This document shows, piece by piece, positions 59,490 to 64,000 of a DNA stretch of 64,000 nt. A program made the translations under genes and the position numbers. The stretch comes from the human T2T-CHM13v2.0 reference genome, Homo sapiens, in NCBI RefSeq assembly GCF_009914755.1, contig NC_060931.1. One strand, written 5' to 3'. The first letter of the stretch is position 1. Every line of letters starts with the position of its first letter. The notes beneath the pieces were generated by a model. It was not told the origin of the DNA, did not search any database, and worked only from the letters and a program-made list of their open reading frames with translations.

Positions 59490-60825
59490 ATCCATTCATC
59501 CACTCAACACAGTCTCTGTGCACTATGTTGTCCCAAGTTTTGTACGAGACATTGAGACGTTGAACACAGTAAGGTAACTGTGTCCTTAAGTAGTTTGCCC
59601 CCCTGGTAATGACACATGCATTATGATAATATATTAATACTCATACTAAGATAATATATATTAAAGAGATAAATTAATAGTGGAACAGTGTTACAGAAAG
59701 GCACTCACAGAGTGTTGTGATTGTGTCCAGGGGGAAAGAATAATGCCGGTGAAACCAGGCAAGACTTCCTACGATGTCAGAGGTGATATTTTAGCTGATA
59801 AGTAAAGAATGCAAAGGGATTTGCCTGGCAAAATGAAGATGAAGGGAAATTCCAGGAAACAGAAAAGTTGTAGGGCGTGTTGAGGAAAGGGGACATGGAA
59901 GGGAATGACTTGCTCCAGGAACAATAGGGTATGAGCGGAGTAGGGTAGAACTTAGATTTGGCCTAGAGGTAGAAAGAGGACAGACTTGCCATGTCACAGG
60001 GGCAAAGGGTGTTTTTTTCTTGAAAACAGAAGGCTAGAGCCCCAGAGAGGGCTTTACATGCAAAAGGGATACATAAATATATCCCGACACCTAGGTCTGT
60101 ATGACCTTCTCAGAATAACACTGTTGGCTAATATCTTTCTATTGTATGCCCAGAATTCAGCTACTTCCCAGCATACCCACCACTGCCACCCAGGACAGAC
60201 CTCCATTACCCCTGTGCCTTGTTGGCCGCTCCTGTTCCCACCCTGGTTTCTGCAAGTGTTTCCTCTAAGCAGCTCCCCTGGCCACCTTCCTTAGTGGGAG
60301 CCTTATTTACACACTGCTGTGCTCACACCCCTTTCACTCAGAGGTAAGCCGAAGCCTGCACCTGGCCCTCAGGCTCTGCACTCCCTGGCCCCTTACTGCC
60401 CCCACTCCTCAGAACAGTCACCTTGCTCTCCCACTCTGGCCACTGCCTCCTTGCTGTCTCCACTGAAGCCTATGCTGTCTCACAGGCCAGGCACCTGCCA
60501 CTCCCTCTGTCTGGATTGTCTTCTCGGATGTCAGCTCTGCAGATTCCTTCAGTTCTATTCAGATGTCACTTTGCTAGAGATCTCTCTGATGCAAACAGCT
60601 CCCAGAGCTCCATTGTCCTGCTTTTCTCTTCTCTTAGTGAGCTGATCTGCTTATTGTTTGTCCCTTCCCCCATTCCTGCACTAGATTACAAGAAAAAAAA
60701 TGAAAAAAAAAATGAAAGCCATTCAACTTCTGTTGATAACAGTGTCAGTATCTGTTTTATTCATTCTTGTATTCAAGGTTCTCAAAACCTAACCTGGCAT
60801 AGTAAGCCCTAGATAAACATGTGTT
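59490..60825. mobile_element. L2 fragments (minus ~59490-60130, plus ~60140-60825)
   Basis: cattcatccactcaac...caggcaagacttcct; plus-strand end aacctggcatagtaagccctagataaacatgtgttg. Confidence 0.55.
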
Positions 60826-61085
60826 GGATGGATGGATGTGGATTGACAGATACATGGATGGATGGATGGATGGATGGATGGATGAGTGAATGGATGGACG
60901 GATGTGGATGAATAGATGGATGGATGGATGAGTGGATGGATGGGTGAATGGATGGATGGATATGTCGATGAATGTGGATGGATGGATGGATGTGGATGAA
61001 TAGATGGATGGATGGATGAGTGGATGGATGGGTGAATGGATGGATGGATACGTCGACGAATGTGGATGGATGGATGGATGTGGAT
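60826..61085. repeat. (GGAT)n repeat with an 88-bp higher-order duplication
   Basis: Units 60901-60988 and 60989-61076 are nearly identical. Confidence 0.93.
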
Positions 61086-61472
61086 CACTGGGTAGAAAAC
61101 TTATTCTTCTTAGAGCAAATGGTTAATTGTGAACATGCTTTTCCATTTTAATGGATCTCCAAAGTATGCATGTGGTAACGGAATAGGGAATATGTTATAG
61201 CCTCACTTTCACCATGCTAGGCAAAAAATGTCTCATTCTACTGAGAAATGCACTACTGACACTCAGTGTGCCGGGGGACAACCTAGTGACTTCTCTTGAC
61301 TTTCATGGAAAGCAGAATCAATCCTACTCGAATTTTCAACAGTTCAACTCCTGCAAGTTAGGAGGAAGTCTGAATGTGGGGAGCCAAATTAGATGTTCAA
61401 AGAAGCACATATTAGCTTGCATTCTAACTTGAAAACTGCATCTATGCTGTGGTTGTACCCATTTAAAAATTA

Positions 61473-61838
<366 letters not shown>

Positions 61839-63554
61839 TCAATTATTTGAGCTAATGAAGATAACATTAATTTTATCATTCTGGTTCATGAATAAGATTT
61901 GGTCTTGATGTTCTGTTTTTAATGGTTTCCTTGGAATTTCATCTTAACAGCGTTTGAGGAATGTCAACTGGGCTGTGAGAAATTGCGTGCACTAGGTTGC
62001 TTGTATGAATAGTACCACTGAAAGATTCCTGCTAGTCACAGACTTGATGAAAAGGGCTTATTTTCTTTCTGAATTCAGGTGAAATGAAAAGCTGCTGAAT
62101 TAGCAAGATCTAATTACTTATCCTTGGCCCTGGCCAGTGATTTTCTCCCAAAGAAAATACTACCTAATAGGAAATGAGATTGAATCAGTGTAACTTTCTG
62201 TAGCTGTTTTGTTGCTCACGGATAGTCTTACTTTTTAAGTTCTAAAAAGCTACTCTCTGTAGATGAATTAAGTTATAGATGGCAAATATGAAGACTTGTA
62301 GAAATTCTAAACCACTGTAGAACTCTTTCCTACTAAGCCTATAATGGCCCCATGAATTTTTCTTAATTTAATAACAAATATAGCCAATATTAAATATTTT
62401 GGATGATATTGCATATTGTCTATTTTAGTTTGTAGCAATTTGACACATTCTAAAGAACTTTTAATCTTTGATGAAAATATATTTATGTATTGCATTGTCT
62501 ACTTTTTAAGGCCGTCTTCATTCTACCTCATTTTGGCTTGGTTACTAAGTTGCAGTTATGTGCACTATAAGAGTGTATTCTCCAGACTATACATGGACAG
62601 AAGTGGTCCCTTTGCAGTGTGACCATCTGTCCTTATTTGTTCCTGTATAATTAATAATAATCCATGTGTAACTATTATATTTATTACTTATTATCAAGCA
62701 TTCATATGATCCTTTTTGTCTCTCAAAGAATCACAGTTTCGACTAAAAGTTATATGATTCCTCTAATTTGCACGGAACTGAAAACTTGGTCTCAGCAGCC
62801 AGTACGCGTGATGAATTTCCTAGACTTATGTAGTCTTTAGCACCCTTTAGCAGTGTCTCCAGAGTCCCTCTCTCACCTGCCACTCTTGCTGCAGTGCAAG
62901 AGGGTTCTCTGGAAGGGACTGAAACCTAGAATAAGGATAGGTGAGTTGCCCAGTGAAGAGAGACCAGGAAAATCTTGAAACCTTGAATGAGGAGCTATGG
63001 AAAAAAGAAAAGCCTGAAGGCAGTGCGATGGGCAGAAGTTGGTGAAAATTGGCACATAGCATGTGCTAAATAAATATTTAAATTTGGTACCCTGAAATAG
63101 AAGTTGATCACATGGATGTAAAAAAAAAAAAGGGAATGATGACAGAGGACTTGGAGCTGAAAAGTTTAATCCTAGTTGGGTTGGATTCAATGAGGGTAAG
63201 GAATTTAGCTGTGAAGAAGGAAAGCTCCAAGATGACCCTATACTGCAGAGTCTGGTTTATTGGGAGGAGGAGCATTAGGTTTGCACAAAAGCTGCAAACA
63301 TAATAATATCAGATTCTTTCTTGAGGTAACATTTGGCCATAGTACAGGAAAATGACAGCCGAAGGCTTTGGGCCACTGAAGGCAGAAGGGTGCAGAAGGG
63401 TACAAAAGGGAACTAATAGTAGCTTCAAGAATGGGAAGATGCCTCTTTCACTGTTTTGTATCTTGGTTCTTGATTTAAATGAAATATGTCTATTTGGCTT
63501 ATTTTATTTCCTTATTTCACTCACTGGGGTTTTCTTTGTTGTTGCTGTTTTTAG

Positions 63555-64000
<446 letters not shown>

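Overview
Primate (human or great-ape) genomic DNA, almost entirely intronic and rich in interspersed repeats. The only host protein-coding sequence I can support is a 115-bp exon at 63555-63669 (+). It encodes [38 protein letters not shown], the juxtamembrane and transmembrane segment of DPP6 (DPPX, Kv4 channel auxiliary subunit, human 7q36). This is the common exon 2, so the preceding ~63.5 kb is the distal part of the large first intron. The ORF track misses this exon; the ORFs it lists are mostly Alu, L1, simple-repeat or chance frames. The intron holds about 20 Alus, one young 5'-truncated L1PA2-type insertion with a perfect TSD and an open ORF2 C-terminus, older L1M/L2/MIR fragments, MLT1 and MER31 LTRs, a MER44 DNA transposon and several micro/minisatellites. 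I found no convincing new gene or biological system. The most notable signals are evolutionary: local bursts of A/T-to-G/C substitutions in old repeats (possible GC-biased gene conversion scars), an A>G cluster in the young L1, a twin-primed inverted L1, tail-less Alus that keep their TSDs, an old ~220-bp local duplication and higher-order tandem repeats. Repeat subfamily calls and consensus comparisons are from memory and need RepeatMasker/Dfam confirmation. Most repeat boundaries are approximate.
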